DNA of 64,000 nt from Takakia lepidozioides. Taxonomy: Eukaryota > Plantae > Bryophyta. The notes under the pieces are model-generated. The model searched no databases and had not been told where the DNA came from. It saw nothing but the letters and a program-made list of their open reading frames with translations. The number at the start of each line of letters is the position of its first letter. Positions within the stretch are counted from its first letter, which is position 1. Made by a program: the position numbers and the translations under genes. Below, piece after piece: positions 1 through 12,209 of the stretch. The DNA is taken from positions 83,204,001 through 83,268,000 of the forward strand of contig CM060731.1 in the NCBI GenBank assembly GCA_030704615.1. Direction: 5' to 3'.

Positions 1-3000
1 CTTCTTTTCTTTCTTTGTTGCCCCCTTTGATGTACTACCTATCTATACCTCTCTCTCCCTCTGGACACGGGCTTATGGAATTGTTGTCCAGACCTTCCAT
101 CCTGAGGAAAAAGGCAAAAAAACAAGTGCAAAAATTGGGTTTGCAGGGAATTTTGGATAATTTTTATCCCAAATTTTTATTTTTTATTTTTTAGTGAAAT
201 ATTTCTTCACTAAAAAACTTATGAGTTGAAAAACTCCCGTCAGTTTCTACTTTTTCCATCCAACCTGGATGAAAAAAGGACTTCATCTGACAGGTCCTAA
301 ACACAATTTTATAAAATAAAAATAAAATAAAAATAAAATAAAAAACCCGTGTTTTTCATCTAACCTAGATGAAATACGGACTACATCCATTGAAGTGCAA
401 GACAAGATGAAAGCACAATGTCTTTCATCTTCCACGAATGAAAAACGGAGTACGTCCGTCGGGCGGACAACTGACGAATGTTTTTCATCCTGAGAAGGAT
501 GAATGCGGGCCAGACAGGGGAAAAACCCTTCGCATCCCTAATGTCTTTCTTTTTGCGCTGCGAAGCGCGCGCGCGATGGGCGCTTGTGAGGAGCGATGGT
601 GCTCGTGCTGACAGATACCTTGAGCTGCCAATCCTTGAGTGTTTATGGCTCTTGTGAGCGACGCTTCGGCGGGCTCTTTAAGGTGATGGCGATGGCTTAG
701 TGATGAGGGAAGATTCCCTGTCTCAGTTGTCTGTTTTTTTGCTGCCAAAGGGACCGCGGCAGTGATGGCGGAGGCACCACCTGCATGCATAGGATGTTTC
801 CCTAGGAGCCCTCCTCTAGATCTTTGATGAATGGCGGCACAAAGGAGTTCTCTCCCTCCTTTATAAACCCTACCTTTTGAAACCAAGCTCTTTTCTTCTT
901 GTGCTTGGCAAGACCTTGCTTTGGTTAAGGTAGTAGTGTTGTGGTGCTGGCGGAGTCCTCCCTGCACGGTTAGGCTTGTGGAGAGATGGCGACTCTCCCC
1001 CAAATAGTAAAAAATGTTCTTTTTCTGTTGGTTTTGCTTCTTTGCTTGCTTTGGCATTCTCTGCACTTAGATTGAAGTGTATTTGACCTCGATAGCAAGT
1101 GTGGAAGCCTGCTACTCACCTGTGCATCCTCACTAACTCACAATGCGTTGTGGTTGTTTTGGGACGGGCACAGGTAAGGGCTTCCACTTAATATTTTGAT
1201 GTCTAGGTGCTGCTGGATGCCAAGTGGGATTACAGAGCAGGGGAAGGAATCGTTTGCCAAGGACTCATCCTAAAATGTTGAAAAACTAAACTACTCTATG
1301 GTTTTTCTTGATCCTACCTCTTTCCTTCCTTGATTTTTGAAGAACAAGTGTAATGCTTTCTACGATGGGCTAGATCGGCCCAGCCAGCGGAAAACTTCTG
1401 TTATGATGTGACAGCCGGGTTTATGATGGCTTGTGTGAGAGACACACATCTGTTTTCCAGGCCCTAGGTTGCTTTGCTTACCTTATGGTAGTTGGAAACA
1501 AATTGAGAGGCTGCAAGGAACTGTTTGCTGCGGCTACTCGGGTACCTCTGTTGGTAAAAGGCCCCTGTTATGTTCCAACCCAGATGGCTTTGTTAGCTAG
1601 ATGCTTAGGCCACGGTATGGTGAAGTTTTTGCCTGTGGCTATTCGGCTGACACTGAAATATGACAGTAATATAAATGATAACTGGTTTTTGAGGCAGCCA
1701 GGGTGGTCAAGTGGAAATACCCCCTGGACATGGTGTAATGACATGGTCAAATGTGGAATGATGTGAAGGGTGTACTGACAGTATCATATACTGTCACATG
1801 ATGTGTATGCAGTCCTTTATATTTACCTTGTTGTGTCATGAGCTTTGATATTTAGCTGTAGCAAGAAATAAAGGTATAGGTGTGTTCTGGAAAACTTACC
1901 AGACATATCCACATCCCCTATGGGGGCAAGCTGTACTGCACACCAGTCTAAAACAAATACTGGCAAAGCAAGGTATTGAAACCTGTGATATCCAAGTGTT
2001 CCTTTCTTTTCTAAGAAAACCCTCCATGACACCCATGGGGTTTTAGTAAGTATGCTTGGATTACAGCTTGCAGACAGTGAATCTGTATGACTATGTGACC
2101 TGCACCACATCAAGGCCAAAATATGGCCAAGTACCCGCCATCCCACCTAGACCTCTGTAAGTGTATCATGATCTTGACTGGTGGTCAATCAGCATCAGTA
2201 GCATACTCTCTGGATTATGAATAATATTGACATGAACACATTACTATGCATGGATGCAATTCTGGATTTTCTAAGCTTGATGACTGATGGATGGTGCCAC
2301 TATTAAGTGGCTGATATGTCTATTTATTCTTTCATGACAACGACCCTAGGGGTCCTGTCTTTGTCTTGACATGACAAAAAGTATCTTCCCTCTCTTCTAT
2401 GCTGCTCTCTTTTAAGCTCCCGACACCCTAAATTCAAGGTCAGTTGGTGGGTTCAGCTGCAACATATGTCCAACACCAGATATCCTAAGTTAATCGACTC
2501 TATATCTTGGAAACAGGATCGCCCTGTCAAACAGGGTGAGCCCTGGGAGAAGAGAGTAAAAGAGATTCACAAGGATCTGAATCTGGACCCGCAAGTCTTG
2601 ACCTTGTTGGATAAACCTGACTTAGAGAGTGTAGTGTCCAAAGCCATGTCTGTTACCAGAAAAATTGTCCGACGAAAATGAAATTAGGAAGAAAACTTCC
2701 CTGAACCTGTTTCCAGTCTGTGACATGGGGGAGGACATCATGGATGCGCTCAAAGGTCTATCCCACTCTTGGCACCAGACCTAAATTTAAAGTCAGGGCA
2801 GGAAGACTACCTTTGAACAGTAAACAGAAGCAGAGAGGAAAGGGAGAGTGCAATTTCCCTGACGTACCTCTACTGTTGCTGGTGCTTGAAGCGAGCTGGC
2901 GCGGTGCTGTCGTGGCTGCCAGCGGCGCGGGTCCCCGCCGCTGCAGGGCATCTTTCCCCGCTCACCACGGCTCTCTCTCTCTCTCTCTCTCTTCAGCTCG

Positions 3001-3867
3001 TTAGGTCGCGCCTCTGCGCGGCGTTCCTACCACACAGGGGAGAGAGACATCAGCCCGTGCTTAGGGCAAGAAAGAAAGACAGAAAGTGAGGGAGGAGGCG
3101 GTGCTTACCTTGGGCGTTGGAGCGGCGTTGGGGCAAACTCCTTGGGGCCTTGCGACCACCTCGGGCTCAGCCACCCTAAACCCCACTCTCTGAACTACCT
3201 CTCTCCCAAAGAACAAACGAAAACGGGAGGGGAAATAGATGCTTGAAGCACTTAGAGAAAAAAAAAGGGCGCGGCGCCACGTGCGACGCCCGGCCGTCGC
3301 CCGCCTGCGCCCGCCCTTTTTTGAAATGTAAAAATGAAGATTGCGACGGCTGGCCGTCGTTTCTTACGACCCCCGGCCCCATAAATAAAAAAACACATCG
3401 CCCCCCGCGATGGCTGTCCGTCGCAGGGTGCGACCCCCAGTTTAAAAAAAAAAAACCCCCATCGTCCAATGCGACGCCAGGGTGTCGCAGGAGGCGACGG
3501 CCGGCCTTTCTGGATTTAGGTTTTAGGGCCTTTTGGGTTTCTTAGTTTTTATTTATTTTTTCATATGGTACTGGGTTAGGGTGTTTGCTTTTCCTTATGG
3601 TGCTGGGTTTTGGATTGGCGGTTTTGGTTGTGGGTCTTGGGGTTAAAAGGATAAACGGTGTAATTAGGATTCACATACCCAAAATGTGGTTCAATCTGAT
3701 AATCGCAAAGCGCTGGGTCTCAACAAATTTTTCCATAGTGTGAGCATCCTGAAGATAGAACGAGAGGAAGGATTTATTGTCTTGGGCTCTAGCACTATAG
3801 GGATGCTCCGCCTTTGGTTACCAATTTTGAAAAGCCCCGAGGCTGAGGCATAGGGTTTTTTTGCCAA

Positions 3868-6056
3868 CTGCATAGGCAGCTGATAGATTATTGGCTTCTT
3901 TCCAGGCCCTTTCACTCACAAAAAGTGCATTCTCCCGTATTGTGATTGTTTGCTGCAACTCTAATAGTTGCCTGTCCTTCTGGACATTGACCTGGTGCAA
4001 CTGCTGAATTGTATCTTCATTGCGACAGAGAGTATCCTCATGTCAGCAATGAGTTTCCCCTGCTCCGTTGCCTCTGTCTCCGCCGATATACATCTCTCAG
4101 CTTGCTTCTTGACCTCCATCGCAGCCATCTCCAGATTAGTCGTTAGTGTGGCACACTGTATGAGCACTTTTTGATTGACTGCTTCCAATTCATTATTCTG
4201 TATGAAGCAACTTCACTTCATGCAACTTGCCTTCATGCTGAACCTGCATCTCGTATAACTACTGCTTATGCACTTCATATAACTTCTCCTGCTCAAGACC
4301 TGCCCCAATTAAATTCTCCTTCTCAATCTGTAGGGCAACTTTAGTGTCCTCCAATTCTTTCTGCAACTTGAGGTTGGCCTCCACATCCACCTTGTTTGCA
4401 CACTTAGTGACAATTCTTGCCTCGAACTCTTGTTTGAGCTCCTCCCGCAATGCTGCCAACTAAGTGGAAGGAACATGAGTCTTGAAATAGGTGCCCAACA
4501 GGTTGAGAGTCCTACTTATGGAACTCATAACCATGGCATGCTGTGGGTCTTCATGGAAAACCTGCTGCTGTTCTTCCTGATTCTCAACAGTTTGGTGTTT
4601 CACAAACCAATCAGGCCATGATCCCACAGGATCTTGTACCTGAGCAACCTCATCTTCCATAGGTGCTGCAGTACCCTTGCCCTTTACCCCTTCAACCTGT
4701 AACACAGGTTTGGGTATATCCTGCACATCAGGGATTTTCTTGGGCAGATTTTGTATCTTTGGCACCATGGGGCCTCCGACCATACCCGAGTTTCCATAGA
4801 GAAGATCGCCCTTCTCAATTTCTGCCACTACTTGCTCTGTAGTGGGGATGTCCAACCCCTCTCTCTCCACAGTAAGAGGCTCCGGTGTAACAGCAAATCC
4901 AGTTTGAGTTACCGCTGGGGCAACTTGGTCAGCTTGCTGTGCTGGCCGTGGTACCGAAGTGACTTCTTCATCCCTCTCTAATGGTCGTGCTTCCAGTAAT
5001 AACAGCCCATCAAGTGCTGCTGCACCCCATCCTGTGTAGGAGCTATGGAAACATCATCGTGAGGATTCCTTGTGGCAAGTTGAGCTGCCATTACGGTTTT
5101 GTCCCTCTTCTGCTCTTGGGCTGGTGCTGCATCTCTAATCCTCCTTCACCTTGTGAAGAGCCTTGTTCTTCAACTACAGTTGTGGCTGCCTCAAACACCC
5201 CCATTACCTTACGTTCTTGCGCATCACGCAGGCAAGAATCAAAGATAATCTGTGCAATAATTGGGCCAGACACAATGATTGGGGACTTGGCAGTAGTAGT
5301 CTGCAGTTGTTTTATCTCCTCCACCAGACCACTGTGCATCATCTCTGCCCAAGCTACATCCTCTCCCTTCAAAGCTTTCAAAACCTCTTCCGTAAAAGAT
5401 CTGCTAAGATACTGTTGGTTCTGTTTCATGGCAAACAGAACATTTAGTATTTGGCCAATTTCTCTCAACCCTGGATACTCGGCTTTGATGCAAGTGAATC
5501 CCTGGTTCCTGAAAAATCTTTTCTTGGAAAAGATCGCCTATTTGCAATCTTGCCCTGTGCTCATCCACGCTCACATTACCATATGATAAATAAAAAAGTC
5601 GTTGCAAGTACTGTGGAGTAACTTGTATATTTTCGCCCTTCACCTGGGTAACTCCTGTCCTCGGCTCAAAGTTCTTGATGAACTGGATTATCAAATCCCG
5701 ATGATGCAAAGACCACTCTTTGCACAACAGCCCCTCCAACCACAACCCCTTCAACAGCTGCACTGCCTGTGGCGTGGCGATCGTTTGCCTCTGTAAGATC
5801 GTCGTGCTCTTCACTCGTAGATCCTCCATTTCTCTAATTCGCTTCATCCCGGACAAACAAGAAGGCCTTGTTTGGAATAACTGCAAGAAAGCTTGCAATG
5901 CGTATAGCATGAAAGTGTGATTAGCACATAATGGAACAAGTAGGTGGGTGTAAGCCTGCGGGGCTTGCAACAGTGAGTGAGAGAGAAAGTACTTTCGTCA
6001 TGTCCTTCCTTGCGCCACTACGTAAAAAGTAGAGCTAGTGTATAGTCTGTGATATC
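3868..6056 (-). mobile_element. Ty3/gypsy copy A, decayed downstream extra ORF (putative plant-transposon domain plus coiled coil)
   Basis: ORF fragments 5404-5970, 5091-5468, 4460-4870, 4259-4459 and 3961-4188 are colinear and highly similar to 15105-17417 of gypsy copy B (e.g. LFAMKQNQQYLSRSFTEE, AALREELKQEFEARI). Cut at 6056 by MULE element A. Confidence 0.85.
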
Positions 6057-6289
6057 GAGGTTAGCTATTTCATGTGCGGCATGAGCGGCATGAGCGGAGT
6101 AGTAAGACAATCGGTTTTCATGAGCAGAAGTACAAATTCCGCAAATAAAAAACATAAAAAACATTATTTTAATGGGATGTGTCAGAAAAAACCCATATAA
6201 TATTCATTGTTTGAAGTAGAAATTGTAGTTTTGAGAGCCGTGCTCATGATATTTCAATTTCCGCTCATGCGAATTCCGAGCGACATCTG

Positions 6290-6610
6290 CAAAAATGGCG
6301 CTGAATTTCGCGGTAATAGGTTCCGCAAGTAGAAAAATCGGCGACGTATTGCACGGAAATAGGTGACTCCGGCGAAAAATGGTGCCGAATTTCGCGGTTA
6401 TAGGTCCCAACTTCATTGAAGTGTAAGCCCAAAATTTGGAAATGTGGCGCCGAATTTCGGTACATGGTTCCGGGCATTGCACAAATGTTGGGCAGTTCTG
6501 GGCCATGTCACTGAAAATTCAGCGCCATTTTTCCAAACATCGTCTCCAGACAATGTTGGGACTTAGCTAGTTTTCGGCCCAAAAAAATGAAATTCGGCGC
6601 CATTTTTCCA
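6290..6610. repeat. Subterminal cluster of the element A motif AAAAATGGCGCCGAATTTC in both orientations
   Basis: Core hexamers start at about 6297, 6340, 6381, 6446, 6521 and 6596. Confidence 0.8.
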
Positions 6611-6885
6611 GAAATGGCCCCCTCAACTGCAACTGTTGGAACTCAGTTTTCTGGAAGATTTGCAAATTTTTCCTGCCGCCATCTTTGAATTGATTCTGTT
6701 TTGACATTGAATTGCCACTGGACATGAACGGATATCCAACAGTCCCTAGTGTTTAAAAGACATCATTTTAATATTGTCTGTCTCATTCCAGGAGTTTTGG
6801 GGTGCAATTCATTACACTGCAAAACAAAGTCTAATGCATAAAAATGCAATTGCAAATATCCATATGGTGGATTCCCTTTTCCCCA

Positions 6886-9800
6886 TCAATGATTTCTGGA
6901 ATCCCGGCGGAGGAGTTTGTGCAGCTCGTTCACGCTCAACGCTGGTGCATGAATAAAGTCATCAATAGTCAAGTTCATCCTCAACCTCTTCAGGTAAATG
7001 TAATACAGATGCTTGCATGGATAATACTTTGACCCCTTCTTTGCTTCCATCAACGAGAAGTCTGTACAATTGCAAGTTGGCTCTACTCCAATCGTAATTG
7101 TGTATACGTCGTCGCGTACAGCTGAGCCGGCCGTTGCCATCCGATAAACACGCCCAAGGCCGGGTGGGGGTACGTCCACGGAGCTCTGAATAGTGCAAGC
7201 CATCCCAAGAGCATTGGCAATCTGAGTCTCATTCAACTTGTTGGGAGGGTGTCGTCTCTTCACTCTTCCGAATCGCATTGTGGGATGTGCAGAATTGTCC
7301 AATCCGTCTCTAGTGGACGGAGCAGCCTGCAATGGCTGGGTCTGAGGAACTGGAAACAAGTGGGCCGGGACGTCTGTGCGTTGCACCATTCGAAATCCTG
7401 CTGCAGATAGAGCATCCGCCTCATTCTGAGAGAGGTTGCAACCCGGTGCAACAGGCCAGATGCCCGGAGGCTCCGGCATTCCCTGAATCCCGTACTTGGG
7501 CTTGCCAAATACACAGGTCATTATGTCGTGCCTACAGAACCAAAACGTCTGCGTTGTGGCGTGAGAGAATGTGGGAGTCAAAAATCTGCCGCTAAAGCAA
7601 GGTGCAGGTACAGCACCGTGTGGGTTCCTCCGAATCATCTCACCACAGCATGCTCTCGTATCCACCCGGATGGCGCAGCACTTCCCTCGAAATGCCGGCA
7701 ATGTCCTTGCTATTCTCCACTGTGACTCCGACACTCTTGTCTCCACAATGGGTATATTGTACTGCGTTACTACAGATGGCTCGTTATGTTCCGCGGGCAC
7801 GTGCCCTGTGCTCAAAGGAGATGGCGATCTTGAACGTGCAGGACTTGCGGTGCTCAAGGAGACCTCCTCGGGCAACATCACGGGACCACGAGGGAGCGTG
7901 CGAATATTCTTGTCAGCTCGCCATGAATCCTCTTCTCCGCCAGGTGCCTCATCAAGTCTTTGTCTCACTGGACGGGTGTGAACATCTCCTTCCAAGTGTT
8001 GGCCTCTTTGAAGCAATGGCGTGTCCCGAAGGCCCTCTCGCAAGGCTGCCACCCACTGTGAGGATTCTTCGATCTGGAGGCAGCCCGCATCAGCATTTCC
8101 TGCCTGTCCGGCCCCAAGCCCCACTGTTTCTCTTTCAAGAATTCATTGTACCTGCATTGCTGCATAATTGACCTCACAATGTCCTCCGTTGTGGCAGTGA
8201 GGATGTCCACCAGATGAGCCACAGATGAGGCACGCCAGGAAGAATGTACTGATTCGGCCATGTTTGTTGTCGGCATGTCGGTGTCAAAGTCCAGACACAT
8301 TTCCTGCACATGCACATGTTGAGGTTACAAGCAAGTTACAAAGAACGAGTAGCATAATATTCAACGTGACGCGAATTCGTCCAACTCACCTCTCGCATAT
8401 AGTCGCCGAACTAGAGGAAACGATAATGCCACCATGCTAGCCAACTAACCATTGCTCCCTCGTCTGATTTCTTTACAGCACCTGACGTTGTCCACCAAGC
8501 CCGTATACATGCAAATTGTGTCTCTGCATCATCCAAGGTGGGAGCACGCTTCCACGCAAGACACATGGAACGGTGCTCCTCTCTGAAATCTGGCACCACG
8601 AGCCGGGTTGTGTACTACGACAAGCTCTGCAGAAAATGGAACCCACAAGATCTCTCCTTGCCTTCCATCGGAACATTGGGGTCTTCCCCGTACACCCTTC
8701 GGATGGCAGCCCAATTTGCTTGTGCGTTGTCCGCCATGAAACCACAGAAATTGGGAGGGGGCAATCCCGCCCTGGCCATCTGTTCGTTTATTCCCTGCCA
8801 AAGAAGCATCTCCGATTGTGTGTCCTCTCCTTTCATCTCACAAATAGCAATTGTCATTAGCATCCTGTAGTGGGTGTCGTAGACATGTGCAGCCATTGTC
8901 ACCCACTGGTGATTTGTAATTCGCTTGATATGGTCAAACATGACCCAACTGTTTGACAAGTCCCCACTGGTCATCCGGTCGACCAGTTCGACGCCGCTGC
9001 CAGGCCCACACGTGGACATTTTGAATACGAAACAACGATCTGCCTCAGTCCCTTGTCCAGGAAACCTACTTCCATGAATGTAGTCATATCCACATCGTCG
9101 CTTCACCTCCAGAATGGAGTGCATATCCGAGCCACGCCCAATTTTTGTTTGCAGGAGACAATGTGGTTTTGGACATTTGGTGAACAGACGTGGGACACCG
9201 ACTCCAGCAATGCCTCCATTCCTTCTCATCGAGAGGAACTTTGTCGGAGCCGACTTCCGACATAATTTTGGCCAATGCCATCTTATGGGCGGCCTGCAGC
9301 TGTATCTGTTTGGGTTTGGCACCAGGTCTCAACCTAACCTCCTCCTGAACGAGCTGCTCTGCCTCATGGGCAGCCTCCCGCGAGTTCCTCCTCGCCAATT
9401 TGTGACAATGGGAACCAACGTGTATGCAAGCTCGTGTGAGGTCAGGGAAACGGTGCAACACATAGAACTGCTTGGCATTACAAACAGACATGCAATGTGG
9501 TGGTTCTTTGCAATGCGCACGCTTAAATGTGGAGTTTGGAACCTTCTCCTGAGCTCGAAATGGTTGATGAGCTGTGCCTATCCAATCCGTCTCGTTCCTG
9601 TGACCTCTGGATTTAAAGTGGAAGCAAGTTGGGGAGAAACACCGCAACGCGCTCGCACAAACAACGTAGCGCACCCGCACACCATCGAGCATCTTCATGC
9701 TGGTGGTTTTGGTGACACACCAAGGATGACCATCATGTTTCCTATCCATATCTGTCAACATTCCGGACGCCCTCGAATAGTCCGTTCGAGGAGGGAACTC

Positions 9801-10478
9801 AAAGAACATATTACCGTCGACGTCTGCGGGAAGGCATGTAACGGATTTAATGGCGAACTTGCTGTAGTCCAGCCCAGCCAGCTCCGAGCGGTGTCCCTCC
9901 ATGTGAAGCCCTCGTAGAATTTCAAGAATGGATCGAACTGTTGTGTTTGTGCTGGGAATATGACTCCCTCATCCGCTGATGTCCATTGAGGACTTGCCTG
10001 ATCTCCAGGATGATCTCGGAACTTCCATGATCTCATCGGAGTCGGACAGGTTGTGAACAACCCGGTTCTCGCTCGTCTTCATTGATGGGTTTGGCTCTGG
10101 ATTAACTTCGTTGCGGACTTCTCTCTTTGAGGTACCCACTCTCTGATTCGCTGATTGTTTCATGGAAGGCGGCAGGATAGAAGGCGCATTTAGGGGGCAA
10201 ATGAAGTCCCCAACAGCCCTGTATATGACGTTGTCCGATGGTAGAACTCACCATTCCCTGCCATCGCCGAAATCATCATGGAGCACAACAATACTTTCGA
10301 CTACAACTCCGTTTGAATCCTTCCTTTCCTCCTCCAAAAATACCAACCCCGGTTTCAGGTGGTATCGAACGCAGAGATATTTCTCCATCACCCGGCAGAT
10401 CTCCCCTTTGCACGGAAATGTAGCTCTATGCTCGTGAGGAGGGCAGTACACTATAGCGCTTGGGTTTTCTGCCATGGG
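6886..10478 (-). pseudogene. MULE/Mutator-like DDE transposase with N-terminal WRKY/GCM1-like Zn domain and C-terminal SWIM finger; stops and frameshifts
   Basis: Core motifs WVMFDH, GFMADNAQA, CGFHFLQ (CxxH) and TTNMAESVH. SWIM CNC...PCKHL. N-terminal DGHPW...C/C...HxGxHxH. Spread over ORFs 10248-10517, 9084-9902, 8615-9322, 8411-8599, 7965-8315 and 6886-8124; a probable short intron at about 8320-8390. Confidence 0.9.
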
Positions 10479-10874
10479 AGTTGTGCACACAAGACTGCCA
10501 GGACGGCGTTCGGACAAGCGCCCTGGGAGAAGGGGGGATGCAGCGAGGGGAAGGAATGCAGGGCCGATTTTTGCAAGCGGCGAAGCCTATTCATGAATCC
10601 GGGGAGCCCACTCTCCCGAAATTCCACTGTCAGAGAGTTAATGAACCGAATGCGGCCCCTGGCCTTTGCGCAATAACTGCCAACGGTATGCAGTCAGAAG
10701 GTATATGACCTGTGCAGATGCGCTACGCAAACCAACGACGTCTGACAAGAAGCGTGGGGGCGCGAGCGTGCAAGCACCTTCCCCATGGACAGAGGGAACT
10801 GACAGAGGTGGCATTCCAGTGGGTCTGATTACAAGATTGAGTGCCAGAACCTCGCCGCCAAAAGTAAACATACA

Positions 10875-11400
10875 ACAGCGGCGCCGAATTTGCATCCGAG
10901 GCCGGTCAGACGATTTTGTCTCCAGGGTGAGTCGGTCACCTGGCCGATAGAGAACATCACCCGGATGGAAAAATGGCGCCAAATTTCCATCCGAGGCCCG
11001 TTGGATGAAGTCGTTTCGGGGGGAGAGGCCGACACCTGGCCGACAGAGCACATCCCCCGGATGGAAAAACGACACCGAATTTCCATCGGAGGCCGGCCGG
11101 ATGAAGTCGTTTCGGGGAGAGAGGCCGACAATTGCTCGACAAAGGACATCCACCGGATGGAAAAAAGGCGCCGAATTTCCATCGGAGGCCGACACCTGCT
11201 CGACAGAGAACATCCCCCGGATGGAAATTCGGCGCCGGATTTCCATCCAGGTGCGCTCCGACTTACCTGGCGGATGGAAATTCGGCGCCGAATTTCCATC
11301 CGTCCGCGCTCCAAATTACCTGCAGGATGGAAATTCAGCGCCGGATTTCCATCCGCCCGCGCTCCGACTTACCTGGCGGATGGAAATTCTGATGGAAAAA
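10875..11400. repeat. Tandem array (96-, 64- and 53-bp units) of GGATGGAAA(T/A)..GGCGCCGAATTTCCATC upstream of transposase A
   Basis: Cores at 10880, 10975, 11071, 11167, 11231, 11284 and 11337. Confidence 0.9.
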
Positions 11401-12209
11401 CTCCGCCTTGTGTATGAGTTCAGATCATCCCTCAGGCAGTTTGTTCTCGATATGGCTTGGCTGTTGGGGCAGCCATGGCATCTGGCTTCCTCTTTCCTTG
11501 ATAAAAAACTTTTGGCAGTACATTATTACAGAACAATTGCTCTGAAACACCCCCTCTCTGCTTTTCATTGCCATCTAATTACAGGCTGTTATTATCAAAC
11601 ACGCTATGTGCCTACCTTACTCCATAACATTCTCTTGCCATGGCAATATGCAGGACTGACACATTATCTCTCTCTCCAAAGACTGTTAGCAGCGCAATCA
11701 TTTCACGAGGTCTACTTCACGCCTTCCTCCCCATGGTGATTACGCAGCTACAATGGCCTTTACCATCGCACACAACATAGATGCCACACAAGGGAAGCAC
11801 GATTGGCAGTCACTTGTCACCACAAACCAAGAGGGCAACTCCATTATCAGCCTAGCCTACTGCCAGGTGTTTCCTTTTCGGATCCACAACAGGTACTTAC
11901 ATGTACCTCAGCCCCCCCCCTGTTTATTGCAAGTTACTATCCATGGTGGTCTTTTTCTTTGCAGAATCACCGCCTGACACAACCTTACCCACCCGCCCCA
12001 ACCACCACACCCTGCAAGTCTATCTCCAAACAGATACAGGCCACTAGCCATACTATTCTCGGACTCCACCCATTACTGCCTGCTCCTCCTCACCTAACCC
12101 ACATGCTATCCAAAAATTATTGCACTGTACTCCGCACTAACCATCCAATTCTCCGCTCTATGTATGCCCTGTCTGCCCTCGTGCTTCGGTTGTCTATGCA
12201 GGCTAATGT

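Larger units (their letters stand above)
6057..11400 (-). mobile_element. MULE element A, transposase-bearing half (TIR starts 6057, TSD TGTGATATC at 6048-6056)
   Basis: The terminus GAGGTTAGCTATTTCATGTGCGGCATGAGC resembles the element B TIR. The uninterrupted paralogous site at about 17440-17490 shows the insertion point. The inner boundary is uncertain. Confidence 0.85.

Noticed and set aside
485-2681. ORFs 485-1066, 1431-1766, 1823-2146 and 2466-2681
   Set aside because: No recognisable motifs; probably decayed TE or non-coding sequence, and not assignable.
3270-3510. Clustered GCGACG/CGTCGC motifs resembling CACTA subterminal repeats
   Set aside because: No CACTA terminus or TSD was found, so no element can be supported.
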